64,000 nt of DNA from a virus: IMG/VR virus record IMGVR_UViG_3300031975_001631; one strand, 5' to 3'. The first letter of the stretch is position 1. Every line of letters starts with the position of its first letter. Below are positions 36,424 through 46,911 of this stretch, piece after piece. The notes below the pieces were generated by a model that was given only the letters and a program-made list of their open reading frames with translations, made no database searches and was not told the origin of the DNA. A program made the position numbers and the translations under genes.

Positions 36424-38067
36424 TTAGTAAATTATTCTAATATCTCCGCCGTTGGGAATAACTTCATACTTATCACCATTAACAGCGCGACCACCTTTAC
36501 CGCCAGCAGCACCACCAAACGCATCTTGACCCCAAGTGCCTCCAGATCCTCCTGGTTGTCCCGGTTGTCCTGGTTGTCCCGGAGTGCCTGCATTTCCAGG
36601 TGTTCCTGGTTGTCCAGGCTGTCCGCTTGCACCTCTACCGCCTGGTGTCCCTGGTTGTCCGGGTTGACCTGATCCGCCTGGTTGTCCCGGAGTACCAGCA
36701 CCACAAGATGCAGGAGTACCAGCACCACCGCCGAAGCCACCACCACCACCCTGGCCAGGGGTTCCGGGTTGACCTGATCCGCCGCTGCCGCCTGGTGTCC
36801 CTGATCCACCACCACCACCGGGTGTGCCAGGAATGCCGGGTGTGCCAGGTTGTCCAGTGATATTGCCTGTTTTGTAGTTCCAACCGCGACCGGGAGCACC
36901 TACACCAAGTTGACCGCCACCGCCACCAGTGCCATTATAACCAGATGGACCACCAGCACCGCCGCCGCCACCTGATCCGCCAGCACCGCCCCATCCACGA
37001 CCGCCGCCGTAGCCGCCGCCACCGCCGGATCCACCTTGACCGCCAGAACAGTGCTTTCTATTTCTTTCAGTGTTTCTTCTTCTTTCAGTCCTTCTATTCT
37101 GATAACCTTGCCTATCCTGTTTTGGCCCTCTTCTACTTCTTGGCCATCCACCATATCTTTTCCTTCTAGTCCTTCTATTTCTTTCACCTCTTCTATTCTG
37201 ATAAGCTTGTCTTGCTTGATATGTTGATCTTTGCTGACCACCAGATCCAGGAGATCCAGGTTGACCAGAGGCACCGGGTGATCCATTGCTACCATTACTA
37301 CCACTACCACCAGGGCTACCGGGTGATCCAGGAGATCCAGAAGATGCACCACTACCGGGTGATCCAGGAGATCCATCAACTCCAGTTTTTCCACCACCGC
37401 CACCGGCATAAATGCGAGCGTCTGATCCTTCGCACTCTACAAATACCTTACGGAGTGAAGGAGCTCCAGGATTAGATACTTGAACAGCATCACCGCCAGG
37501 TTGACCACCTAATGCACCACCAGCAGAATAAATGCCATAAGATGGTGGAGAATTGTTTACATAGATGTTGAGATTTGATGACGGATCATCAGCAATAACA
37601 GCAGGAGTTGCAACACTTGTACTAATAATCCTACCCTTTAACCTCAAATATTTTGTGATATTTCTATTAAGGTTACCACCCCAAGTTGCATCAACACTAG
37701 GAGTAGAGGGACTATTCAGATCAGTAACATTAAAGTTCTCTTCCTCTGAATTTGCTGCCTGTTCGACCACATACTCATCAATAATACCTCTAAGATCTTG
37801 AGGTGTAATAGCTCCAGTCGTACCAACGCCTACATTTTCAACTGCATCTAAAACATATGGTAAGTGTGGCGTTCCTGTAGAAGTAGCATATTTTCCCTGG
37901 TTAAAATCATATGGTGCATCAAGATCTGTAACTCGATGCATCTCAGATGCAGAGATTGAAGCAGAAGTATTACCTACTGCTGCCCTAACTTCGCCATATG
38001 ATATTTGTGTGCCAGGTGTACCTGTCAGGAGTTGTTGAGTTTTTGTGCTCCAATCTCCGTAAGCCAT
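36424..38067 (-). CDS. Glycine-rich tail-fibre tip/adhesin-like protein with collagen-like Gly-X-Pro runs
   Basis: IYAGGGGG and GGKGGRAV gp38-like Gly motifs, long GSP/GQP/GTP triplet runs and a central Arg-rich block; follows two fibre genes. Confidence 0.7.
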   Translation of the reverse strand: MAYGDWSTKTQQLLTGTPGTQISYGEVRAAVGNTSASISASEMHRVTDLDAPYDFNQGKYATSTGTPHLPYVLDAVENVGVGTTGAITPQDLRGIIDEYVVEQAANSEEENFNVTDLNSPSTPSVDATWGGNLNRNITKYLRLKGRIISTSVATPAVIADDPSSNLNIYVNNSPPSYGIYSAGGALGGQPGGDAVQVSNPGAPSLRKVFVECEGSDARIYAGGGGGKTGVDGSPGSPGSGASSGSPGSPGSPGGSGSNGSNGSPGASGQPGSPGSGGQQRSTYQARQAYQNRRGERNRRTRRKRYGGWPRSRRGPKQDRQGYQNRRTERRRNTERNRKHCSGGQGGSGGGGGYGGGRGWGGAGGSGGGGGAGGPSGYNGTGGGGGQLGVGAPGRGWNYKTGNITGQPGTPGIPGTPGGGGGSGTPGGSGGSGQPGTPGQGGGGGFGGGAGTPASCGAGTPGQPGGSGQPGQPGTPGGRGASGQPGQPGTPGNAGTPGQPGQPGQPGGSGGTWGQDAFGGAAGGKGGRAVNGDKYEVIPNGGDIRIIY

Positions 38068-38077
38068 ATATCAATCC

Positions 38078-40798
38078 CTAGGAAAGTGTAAATGTAACCG
38101 AACCAATACCAGCAACTGTGATATACACTTTAGTCGGATCGGATGCGTCCTGCTCAATATTTAGGGCTGAAGTTCCAGAAGACACAAAGGATCTGAAGAT
38201 ACTCGCATCAGTTGCACTGGAACCCTGTTGAGTTGCATATTGGTGCTTATTATATGCCTTGTTATAGATCATATGTGCAGTACCAAATCCGGTAGCACTT
38301 ACACCGAACTCAGATCCAGGTTGAACAAGATTGTCAACATTATTATTAATCTGAGTTGCTCTATCAGCATCGTTTTCGACGATACCGCCAAGGTATCCAA
38401 GTTCCTCAAGATACGAGACAGGATCATGAGTTTCATTAATAACAGTCTTAATACCAACAGGATTATTCAACCTATCTTCATAGAATAATTGGTTGACATT
38501 TGAATTAATATCAAACCACAAACATCCTGGTTGTGTACCATCTGGGGTAGAATCATTTTGTCTGGAAAGAATAATACTACCGCTAGATTCTCCTAGGTCA
38601 AGAGTAGAGTTTGGAAGTGCAGTATCAAATCCAACTCTAACTGGTCCACCATCAGTGCCACCAGTGCCTGTGTAATTGCTAAAGAATTTTGTGGTTTTAT
38701 AAATTTCAACTGCATTACTGTCATTGAGACCAAATTTAGTACCAATGCCAACACCAGACTCAAAGAGAGCTTCTCCACCAATAAAGTCACCGCTAGGGCT
38801 TCTTCTTAATCCAACATAAAGATCTACATTAGAATCTCTCTTACCGGAAGTTGATCCAATACCAATACCAGCTTCACCAAGCATGGCAATCTCAGCATTA
38901 TCAAATAATGCAATTCCTTCCTGAACAGGAATACCTGAGAGAGTAGTATTGAATCCGATTCTAGTAATCAGCAGGTTTGTCCCTGCACCATCAGTAATAT
39001 CTAAGTTTGCAACTGTGGTAACACCTGCATTTGCAACCATAAATTGGCATTCAACACCTTCGGTAACTTGAAGACTGCCACATGTGACAAGACCACTATT
39101 GGCATTTAATGTAACAGCTCCAAAGGTGCAAATACCACCGCCAGTAAAGTTAAAAGTATTGTTGATGTTAATAACATCTGTATTGACAGTATTAGTTGTG
39201 ATAATACCACTTAGATTAGCAAATACTGTACCAGATGCAGAAACTACTGTGGTTAGATCACCAAAGACTAAAGTATCTGTAAGAATTCTACATGTGCCAC
39301 CGATATTGACTTGCTTGAATGATGCAGAGTCTCCACCAGTTTGAGTAATATCCCCGGTAAATGTTGTGTCATCAAGAATTGCACTAGATCCTGGTACACA
39401 AGAGACAATGCCAAGTACAACTAACTCAGTAGCAGTAACATCACTAATATTTACAGATCCGCCAAATGTACCACCGATTGAAAGATCGCCACCAACAGTT
39501 AAGTTACCAGCAAATGTGCCATCACCATCAATATCAGCATCACCCCTAACACCAAGACCTTTACCAAGTGCAGAACTTGTTGTGCCCACACCCACGAAGT
39601 TGGATACAAGTATCTCACCACCAAATGTAGAAATACCAGTGTTTCTAATAAAGATGCTGTTAATTCCAAGAGAATCAATCTGATCAACACTAATATCAGG
39701 TACACCAGTTAATCCTTGCGCCAAACCTGCGACACCAGTAATATCACCGATAACATCGCCAATGAATCCACCAGCAGCACCAAGCGAACCGCTAAATGTA
39801 CCTGTGCCGACCACATCGAGATCAAAATTGGGATCAACTCTAGATTTACCAATACCAATCTTACCCTCACTAGTAACAACTACTCTAGGCTTATTCTTAA
39901 TAGCATCTGGATCTAAATCATCTTGTCCCCAGAACTCAACTTGTCCAATTGGGGTATTACCTACACCAGTTACGGCACCGTTGAAAAGAATTGCTTGTCT
40001 TGGAATAGCACCACTTGTTTCAATAAACCTGATGCCATGACGACTATCTGAGTTGGCTACGGTTCCAATGAAAGTAATACTATTCTCATCATTAGTAAAT
40101 GTTAATCCACGATCAGTACCAATCATGGCACCTGATGACATATTTAATCCACTAAATGAACCAATACCAGTCAGTTCAATGTTACCACTACCAGTGATAG
40201 TTTGAACACCAACAATATCACCAACCATGTTGATGTTACCTTGCTGGGCATTACCAGTAAGTGTAATGTTCTTTGCACTCAGCCCCTCAAATGTACCAAC
40301 ACCACTAATAGCATCAAGTTTAATAATATCACCAACAGCAAAATCTGCCTGTGGGAATGTTACAGATACACCAACAGGTCTAAACGCATAGATTGTTGAT
40401 CCTACTCCAGGATTATCATTATCCCATACAGATGTAGGAAGATTAATCAATCCAGATCCATCACCTTCAAATTTAACAGCTGTTACAGTACCTGCGACTG
40501 ATATTGTGACACCTGTTGTTCCTACACCAACCTGAAATTCTGCTTCAGGTACTGTTGTACCAATTCCAACTGAATATCCTACAGCAACATTAATATTGCC
40601 ATAATGTGTTTGATATCCAATTACATTGACATCTCTAAAATTAGCTTGATTTTCGACAATCAAGTTTCCACGAATGTCCAGCTGCTCTCTTGGAATGGTT
40701 GTGCCGATACCGACTAGACCATTATTGGAGATTAGATCATCTGCATCAACCTGAATGCCATCTCTGAAGTTGATAATTGTCTTGTAATTATTAGGCAT
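38078..40798 (-). CDS. Tail fibre protein (906 aa)
   Basis: Repeated VGIGTT.P...LD(V/I).G units and beta-rich Gly/Thr/Val composition. Confidence 0.8.
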   Translation of the reverse strand: MPNNYKTIINFRDGIQVDADDLISNNGLVGIGTTIPREQLDIRGNLIVENQANFRDVNVIGYQTHYGNINVAVGYSVGIGTTVPEAEFQVGVGTTGVTISVAGTVTAVKFEGDGSGLINLPTSVWDNDNPGVGSTIYAFRPVGVSVTFPQADFAVGDIIKLDAISGVGTFEGLSAKNITLTGNAQQGNINMVGDIVGVQTITGSGNIELTGIGSFSGLNMSSGAMIGTDRGLTFTNDENSITFIGTVANSDSRHGIRFIETSGAIPRQAILFNGAVTGVGNTPIGQVEFWGQDDLDPDAIKNKPRVVVTSEGKIGIGKSRVDPNFDLDVVGTGTFSGSLGAAGGFIGDVIGDITGVAGLAQGLTGVPDISVDQIDSLGINSIFIRNTGISTFGGEILVSNFVGVGTTSSALGKGLGVRGDADIDGDGTFAGNLTVGGDLSIGGTFGGSVNISDVTATELVVLGIVSCVPGSSAILDDTTFTGDITQTGGDSASFKQVNIGGTCRILTDTLVFGDLTTVVSASGTVFANLSGIITTNTVNTDVININNTFNFTGGGICTFGAVTLNANSGLVTCGSLQVTEGVECQFMVANAGVTTVANLDITDGAGTNLLITRIGFNTTLSGIPVQEGIALFDNAEIAMLGEAGIGIGSTSGKRDSNVDLYVGLRRSPSGDFIGGEALFESGVGIGTKFGLNDSNAVEIYKTTKFFSNYTGTGGTDGGPVRVGFDTALPNSTLDLGESSGSIILSRQNDSTPDGTQPGCLWFDINSNVNQLFYEDRLNNPVGIKTVINETHDPVSYLEELGYLGGIVENDADRATQINNNVDNLVQPGSEFGVSATGFGTAHMIYNKAYNKHQYATQQGSSATDASIFRSFVSSGTSALNIEQDASDPTKVYITVAGIGSVTFTLS

Positions 40799-40825
40799 TA
40801 TCTTTTAGTGGCAAGACCTTTTTAC

Positions 40826-43800
40826 TTATTTATCCTTTAGGTCATCGACTTGTGAACTTAGGTCTTTGACTGCTTCAATAAGAAGAGGAATTAGTTTGTT
40901 ATAGTGGACACCTTTAGTGCCATCAGGTTTGGTAGATACTGCCTCAGGAAGAACTTTTTCAACATCTTGAGCGATAACGCCAACATCGTGACCCGTATAG
41001 CTCTTGTTACCTGCCTTCCAATCGTATTCAGTGCCACGAATCTGCAGAACCTTAGCGAGTGGATCTTCAAGTGTGGAAACATTTTCCTTCATAGAAAGGT
41101 CGGAAGTCTGACCATAGAATGCAACAATATCATCACATACATGGAGAGGACCACCACAATATGTAAATCCAGCACCACTCATGTATACATCACCAGAGAA
41201 TGTAGTAAAACCATTGAGGTTAACCTGTTTCTCAAATGTTACTGATGCAGTGTACTTAGTGTCAGTTGCAATAGCAACAGCAAATCCAGTTGCAGCATTA
41301 AGAACGAGATCACCAGATCCAGGAACTGTTGTAATTTCAGTCTTCTGAGTACCAACACCGACTAAGACATTGTTTAACTTAGCACCATTGGGGAACTCAC
41401 CAGTAATTTCAATAGAACCACCAAGCTCTACAGTTCCACTTGTAATTAAATCATCGGTGAAGTTAACATCATTAGAGAATGTTACTGGACCATCAAACTG
41501 AGATAGGATATTCTGTTGAGGACCACCTTCAACAATGATTCTCTGTCTAACAATAACTTCATCAAATACAACAGAGTTAGTAGATGCAGACTCACCAGTT
41601 ACAGTAGGAATAGGAATACCAAAGGATGATTCTTCACCACTAGAAGAGGAGATTCTCTTGTTACCAATGTAGAAGTCACCTTCGTTATTCAGACCAGTAT
41701 ATACAATTGAACCAGCTGATCTTTCCTGTGCCTGAGATAGATACTCCTCATCATCAGTCAGTGTTCTGTTCTGTACTTGAGGAAGACCGGTTGAATAGTT
41801 ACCGGGACCATATCCAAGATACTCAAATGTATGTCCAGATGCACGAAGAATAGAAGGACGACGCAACTCGATAGGCAATGGTGCAATCTTTCTAATCAAG
41901 GAACCAGAAAAATGTTCAGTGGGTAGAGTACCAAGTGAACCACGAATAACACGGAGACCATCATTACCACCACCGATTAGACCTGCCTCAGATACTCTCA
42001 TGATCTCAGCATCAATCTCAATATAGTCACCAAGTCTGAATCTTAGATCAGTACCAATACCAGCATTGGGGAGTTGCAGTCTTACCGTTGTTGTTGTATT
42101 GTCCAGTGCATCTTTAGTTACTGCATGTTCTCCATCATACAAATTAGTATATCTTGATCCAATAGCTTCTGATAAAGGTACAGATTGGTTGTTTCCATCA
42201 AATGCAAATTTATATACTCTATGTCCAGCAACAAAGTTAATATCATTAACTGTTGTAGATGTAAATGTAGTGACACCTGCAACGGTATTAACAATAAACT
42301 CACCAACTTTATTACTACTGGTATCAACAACTTTGAACTTAGCTCCTCTTTTCAAACCATGTGGAACTGATGTAGTGATTGTGGTCAATCCAGTGGCAAT
42401 ATCAAATTGAGTAGATGCAATAGAGACGGATGGAGTAACTCTATAAGCATATTGACCTGCAACAACAATAGGATCTCCAGATGTTACTGCGATAGCAATA
42501 CTATTCTTATCAGGTACGCTGGTAATTCTGAATAGTCCGTCGCTAGTTGTGCCGATGCCAGTGATATTTACAACATCACCGATACATGAAGAAATACCTG
42601 ATGTTGGGACACCAATAGTAGAACCTGGGAAGGTATCAATAGTTAATGTTTCTCCACCAGAATATGCTGATCCAGGTGCAAATACCTCTAGATCAGTAAT
42701 AGTGGTAGATCCAACACCAACTGTAACTGTAGCTGTAGCACCGTTCCAATCACTACCATCGAGTAACTTTACATTATATCTGGTAGTTGCAGCATATCCT
42801 GAGGAAGTGACCAAATTTTCATGAATCTTGAGTCCACTTAAGTCATGCTGATTTTCAAAAGTAATTGTACAAATACCAGCAGAGGGACTGGTGACACTAG
42901 ATACTGCGTAACCAACATTAAATGTTTTTAAAAACTTGTCAACTGTCTCTCTTGTTAATGAATTTGTCAAATCATTAACATCAACTTTACCTAAAGGTGA
43001 GCGCCTTGCAAATGATTGTGCAGCAGGTGCGTTGATTAGAATATTGTCTCTATCTTGTTGGGGATAGTAGTAAGTAACATTCTGTTCGTACTTCTTGGGA
43101 GTAAATTCCTGCGGTGGTGAATAATCAGCAGAAAGAAGTTCTAAGATATAAACACCGTCTTCTTGTCCAGTAAGATATGGCTCAACAACGGTACTACGAT
43201 ACAATGAGAAGTTTTTATTATTGTTATTGATTGAGAATCTAGGTAAGAATAGATTCCTAGTGTTACTGGTATCCACATGAGTACCAGTATTTCTCTCTAC
43301 ACCAGAGGTATCAGTTTTGGAATGATTGAACTGGTATCCATTAATCAAACCAGTTACAGCGAAATACCCATTATATCCCTTATCGGCAAGTCCACCAGTG
43401 TTATTTGAATCTTGAACATTCTCTACAAAAACAATATCCCCAACTTCGACTTGATGAGGAAGCTCAGTCGTAACAGTAACAACACCACCAGTCTCACTAA
43501 CACTAGAAATAAACTGATGATTTCTTCTGAAGTTATTATCCTCCAGAGTGATTGTAGTGGATGTAGGATCACTAGTCTTAGCAAATCCAGTGAGACTAGA
43601 GCTTTGAATGATGAAACCATTTACAGGGTCTCTAGAGTTCCCTGCCTCCTTAGGAATAACATATCTTACTTTATATAATTTGTCTTCAATACTTCTCTTA
43701 TCTTCAAATCTCTTGATAAAACCAATATTGGTTCCACTTCCATCTTCTAGGTTGATATTAGTTTGAATCTGAGGATAGATTGTATTACCATCCTCAACAT

Positions 43801-46060
43801 GCAAGAACCACTGTTCTTGATTAATGTCCCATTGAATTGGGTGTCCAATTTCACCAGTCTGCTTATCAGATACTGTACTCTTAACTCTTAGATCTTGTCC
43901 ACCATAGATTTCCAGAGCTACATTATTGATAGCGTTAGAGAATGTTGTAGCAATTTTAATCTCTGTAGGGGAATTTACAATGGCATAATAGATTTTATTG
44001 AACTGAAGACCTTCCGAAAGATCTCCACTATCACTAAAGATTCTGATCTTCTCACCAGTTACCAATCCAATGGCATCCGTTGTCAATGCAAAATTAGAAT
44101 TTGGTACACTAAGTTTACTTTCCTTGCTACCTGTTTGATCTCCCAGAATAGCTGTCGCTACACCGGTCAGAACATTTTCTGACATACGAACATCAGCATC
44201 ATATTCTGTACCGCCAATGGAGACATACAATTTCTCGTTCTTATTAGCACCAATTCTGAAACCTTGGGAGAGTGCTAGAGGTGGTTCATCCTGACGATCA
44301 AAACCGAAAATGTATAAGTGACTAGACAGACCAACATTCTTAGTCTTACTTACATCTAACTGATAGAAACTTACAGTATCAATTTTAGATGCTGATGTAT
44401 CTACATGCTGAGGTGTGGTGATATGAGTGATATATCCTTGGTCATCTCTGGGGAATGCTTCGGGTCTAAATCCATCAGCAAGTAGAGCAAACTGACCGAA
44501 GTTAGAGTTAGAGTTCGTGATAGATGCGTCAGCACCACTTTCACCAACAAAATGAGCATTATAACCAATAGCAAAAACAGAAACGACTTGAACAACGGCG
44601 TTTTCTGAGATCTTAATATGAGATTGTTCCCATCCTTGCCTATAAACTGCACCAGAGTCTAAGTGATAGACAGTAGTAGCATCTGTAGATGAAGATTCTG
44701 CTGCCAGTTGAGATCCAGAGACTTTCTGATATGTAATACCTTCATAAAGTCTTGACTGAGTATTATACTTAACAAATGCACGGTCATCCTTCTGCAATGA
44801 AATGCCCGTGAATTGAGCCACAACCATTGAACGGAAACCAGTAGCTTTACTGCCATCCGTGTGCATACCGTTCATGCCATAAACAGAACGCAATGAGATG
44901 TTGAAGATATAAGGAGATGCACCAGTTACAGTATCAGATTCAATGGTAACAACAGCACTTGTAATGTTAGATGGTGTCGCTGGTAGGTTATTGGGGAAGA
45001 CGGAAAGAGAATATGTAAATGTTGTTGAGTTTACAACAGACTGAACAAGAGTAGAAATATTATACTGAGATACATTAACTCCACTGATTTTAATTGGAGT
45101 ACCAGAACTGAGTCCATGTGCTTGTTCTGTGGTAACAGTAATCTGAGCTGTAGGATTTAATCCGTCACCAGAGATGATACTAGCAATCTCAAGAGGGTCA
45201 GTACCGAGAGCACCAACAATCTCATTTTCTTGGCGAACTGCTTCAAAGTCGCCCTGATTTTCAGGCCATTCGTATGAAATAGCACGACCAGATGCTTCTT
45301 GGAAAGCATATGTCAGCTTGTAATAATACATGCTGAGGTCAGTGATATCATAACCTTTGACATCATTCTTACCATCAGCATACTCAAAGCATGTCAGTTT
45401 GTGGTGAGAAAATGTTGGGAAAGATCTATTATCATCAGTAAATTGTTGATGATCGGTAAATACTAACCGGTCACCTACTCCATCAAACAGAGAGAACTGC
45501 CACATATAGCAGTTACCGGTAATTCTAAAGATGGCACTATTGGGAACATCATCATCTGTTGGGTTGGGGACATATAATGGTCTAATCTTAGTTTTACGAA
45601 GGTCAAGACCAACCAGAGATGTGCCCCTAGGGATAACAACACCACCATTGACCGAGTTGAATCTATAAAGCTGATTATTTTCTACAGTTAAGTCAAATTC
45701 ACTTGTTAAAGATAATGCAAATTCAGTTGTTCCTAAAGTTTCTGCACCAATAGGAGACACGCCTACGGCTCTAGTTGGATCACTGGGATCTTTTTTAATG
45801 GCAAATCCAGGACGATTATCAATAAAGTGATCGCCAGGGAACAACAGAATCGTTGTTTTATCGGTAATATCGTTATCGAATCCAGTCTGATACGAGAATC
45901 TTGCTGATTCTAATAGTGCTCGCTGAATTGTCTTAAAGGGTTTCGTTAATGAGTTACCCTGGTTCGTGATGCTATCTGTAGCATCAAGATCGTTAGGGTT
46001 CACATAAAGAATCTTACCCTCAGTATTCTTGATGAAATTCTCTAACTTATTAAGTGGCAT
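40826..46060 (-). CDS. Long tail fibre with C-terminal intramolecular chaperone (peptidase S74)
   Basis: Cyanophage fibre N-terminus ILYVNPNDLDATDSITNQGNSLTKPFKTIQRAL; C-terminal SDLSMKENV...GVIAQDVEKVLPEAV...V.YNKLIPLLIEAVKDL. Confidence 0.88.
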   Translation of the reverse strand: MPLNKLENFIKNTEGKILYVNPNDLDATDSITNQGNSLTKPFKTIQRALLESARFSYQTGFDNDITDKTTILLFPGDHFIDNRPGFAIKKDPSDPTRAVGVSPIGAETLGTTEFALSLTSEFDLTVENNQLYRFNSVNGGVVIPRGTSLVGLDLRKTKIRPLYVPNPTDDDVPNSAIFRITGNCYMWQFSLFDGVGDRLVFTDHQQFTDDNRSFPTFSHHKLTCFEYADGKNDVKGYDITDLSMYYYKLTYAFQEASGRAISYEWPENQGDFEAVRQENEIVGALGTDPLEIASIISGDGLNPTAQITVTTEQAHGLSSGTPIKISGVNVSQYNISTLVQSVVNSTTFTYSLSVFPNNLPATPSNITSAVVTIESDTVTGASPYIFNISLRSVYGMNGMHTDGSKATGFRSMVVAQFTGISLQKDDRAFVKYNTQSRLYEGITYQKVSGSQLAAESSSTDATTVYHLDSGAVYRQGWEQSHIKISENAVVQVVSVFAIGYNAHFVGESGADASITNSNSNFGQFALLADGFRPEAFPRDDQGYITHITTPQHVDTSASKIDTVSFYQLDVSKTKNVGLSSHLYIFGFDRQDEPPLALSQGFRIGANKNEKLYVSIGGTEYDADVRMSENVLTGVATAILGDQTGSKESKLSVPNSNFALTTDAIGLVTGEKIRIFSDSGDLSEGLQFNKIYYAIVNSPTEIKIATTFSNAINNVALEIYGGQDLRVKSTVSDKQTGEIGHPIQWDINQEQWFLHVEDGNTIYPQIQTNINLEDGSGTNIGFIKRFEDKRSIEDKLYKVRYVIPKEAGNSRDPVNGFIIQSSSLTGFAKTSDPTSTTITLEDNNFRRNHQFISSVSETGGVVTVTTELPHQVEVGDIVFVENVQDSNNTGGLADKGYNGYFAVTGLINGYQFNHSKTDTSGVERNTGTHVDTSNTRNLFLPRFSINNNNKNFSLYRSTVVEPYLTGQEDGVYILELLSADYSPPQEFTPKKYEQNVTYYYPQQDRDNILINAPAAQSFARRSPLGKVDVNDLTNSLTRETVDKFLKTFNVGYAVSSVTSPSAGICTITFENQHDLSGLKIHENLVTSSGYAATTRYNVKLLDGSDWNGATATVTVGVGSTTITDLEVFAPGSAYSGGETLTIDTFPGSTIGVPTSGISSCIGDVVNITGIGTTSDGLFRITSVPDKNSIAIAVTSGDPIVVAGQYAYRVTPSVSIASTQFDIATGLTTITTSVPHGLKRGAKFKVVDTSSNKVGEFIVNTVAGVTTFTSTTVNDINFVAGHRVYKFAFDGNNQSVPLSEAIGSRYTNLYDGEHAVTKDALDNTTTTVRLQLPNAGIGTDLRFRLGDYIEIDAEIMRVSEAGLIGGGNDGLRVIRGSLGTLPTEHFSGSLIRKIAPLPIELRRPSILRASGHTFEYLGYGPGNYSTGLPQVQNRTLTDDEEYLSQAQERSAGSIVYTGLNNEGDFYIGNKRISSSSGEESSFGIPIPTVTGESASTNSVVFDEVIVRQRIIVEGGPQQNILSQFDGPVTFSNDVNFTDDLITSGTVELGGSIEITGEFPNGAKLNNVLVGVGTQKTEITTVPGSGDLVLNAATGFAVAIATDTKYTASVTFEKQVNLNGFTTFSGDVYMSGAGFTYCGGPLHVCDDIVAFYGQTSDLSMKENVSTLEDPLAKVLQIRGTEYDWKAGNKSYTGHDVGVIAQDVEKVLPEAVSTKPDGTKGVHYNKLIPLLIEAVKDLSSQVDDLKDK

Positions 46061-46092
46061 CTCTCTTCAGACTGAGAACTGTTTGCTCTGAC

Positions 46093-46107
46093 TATTTAGA
46101 CTAAATA
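46093..46107. promoter_or_regulatory. Palindromic back-to-back late promoters TATTTAG-A-CTAAATA
   Basis: Perfect 15-bp palindrome giving CTAAATA on each strand in the 50-bp gap between divergent genes. Confidence 0.6.
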
Positions 46108-46110
46108 TGA

Positions 46111-46911
46111 TTGGTCTTGTTATGTTCTATTGTGGATATACATCCAATACGAATACAAGAGATTAATATTCCCGAAGCACCAGCCTGGTTAACATCAGAT
46201 CCACCGGTAGCATTGCCTATCTATCCTCCTGTAACCACACAGATAGGAATACCAATTGTCAATATGCCAGGATGTGTTGAGTCTCACAGAGATAGTAGTG
46301 AGAATCAAACTCTGAAGGATGAGGATAAGGATGGTGTTCAAGTATTCTGTGATGCAGGAACTCCTAGCTTTAATCCTATTGATTATGATCCAAACAAACT
46401 AGAAATAACAACAGAGTCTCCACCACCCCCACCTATCAAATCTCCAGAAACTAAAAAACCAGAGACACCAAAGGCAGAGACAAATACCCCACCACCGCCT
46501 GCAAAGGTAGAGTGTCCTAGTAGAGCACAAGAATTAAAAAACCCTGTAGGAAAAATCCTAGAGGGTAATAAAAAGATTACTAAGTATGAGACAGTGGGAA
46601 AAGAATGTCTCCCTGTATTTGAAAATTTAAATATACCTGATCAGATCGTCCAGAACATACCATCACCAGGCTCTATAACTATTACCGCCTCAATTGCTGT
46701 AGTTGCGACGACCTCTGCGTTGCTCGCAAAACCTCTTGCTGATCTTTTGTTAAAAGTGGTGAAACCTGTAACGAAGAAGGTTGTGAAGAAGATTGCTGCC
46801 TTACGGGGTAAGAAGTCCCCGGTATTGTCTGTGTCTGAGAGGAAGGCGGAGCAACGGGATCGGAACCGGGCGATAAAGATTTTACGGTCGGCACTGAAAC
46901 CGAAGGGATAG
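46111..46911 (+). CDS. Pro-rich hypothetical protein with a C-terminal hydrophobic helix and basic tail (start uncertain, TTG)
   Basis: 266 aa; spaced Cys residues, PPPPP linker and ITASIAVVATTSALLA segment. Confidence 0.7.
   Translation: MVLLCSIVDIHPIRIQEINIPEAPAWLTSDPPVALPIYPPVTTQIGIPIVNMPGCVESHRDSSENQTLKDEDKDGVQVFCDAGTPSFNPIDYDPNKLEITTESPPPPPIKSPETKKPETPKAETNTPPPPAKVECPSRAQELKNPVGKILEGNKKITKYETVGKECLPVFENLNIPDQIVQNIPSPGSITITASIAVVATTSALLAKPLADLLLKVVKPVTKKVVKKIAALRGKKSPVLSVSERKAEQRDRNRAIKILRSALKPKG

Noticed and set aside
36432-37475. Several long alternative-frame ORFs over the Gly-rich gene
   Set aside because: GC-rich triplet repeats suppress stop codons in other frames; the products are low-complexity artefacts.
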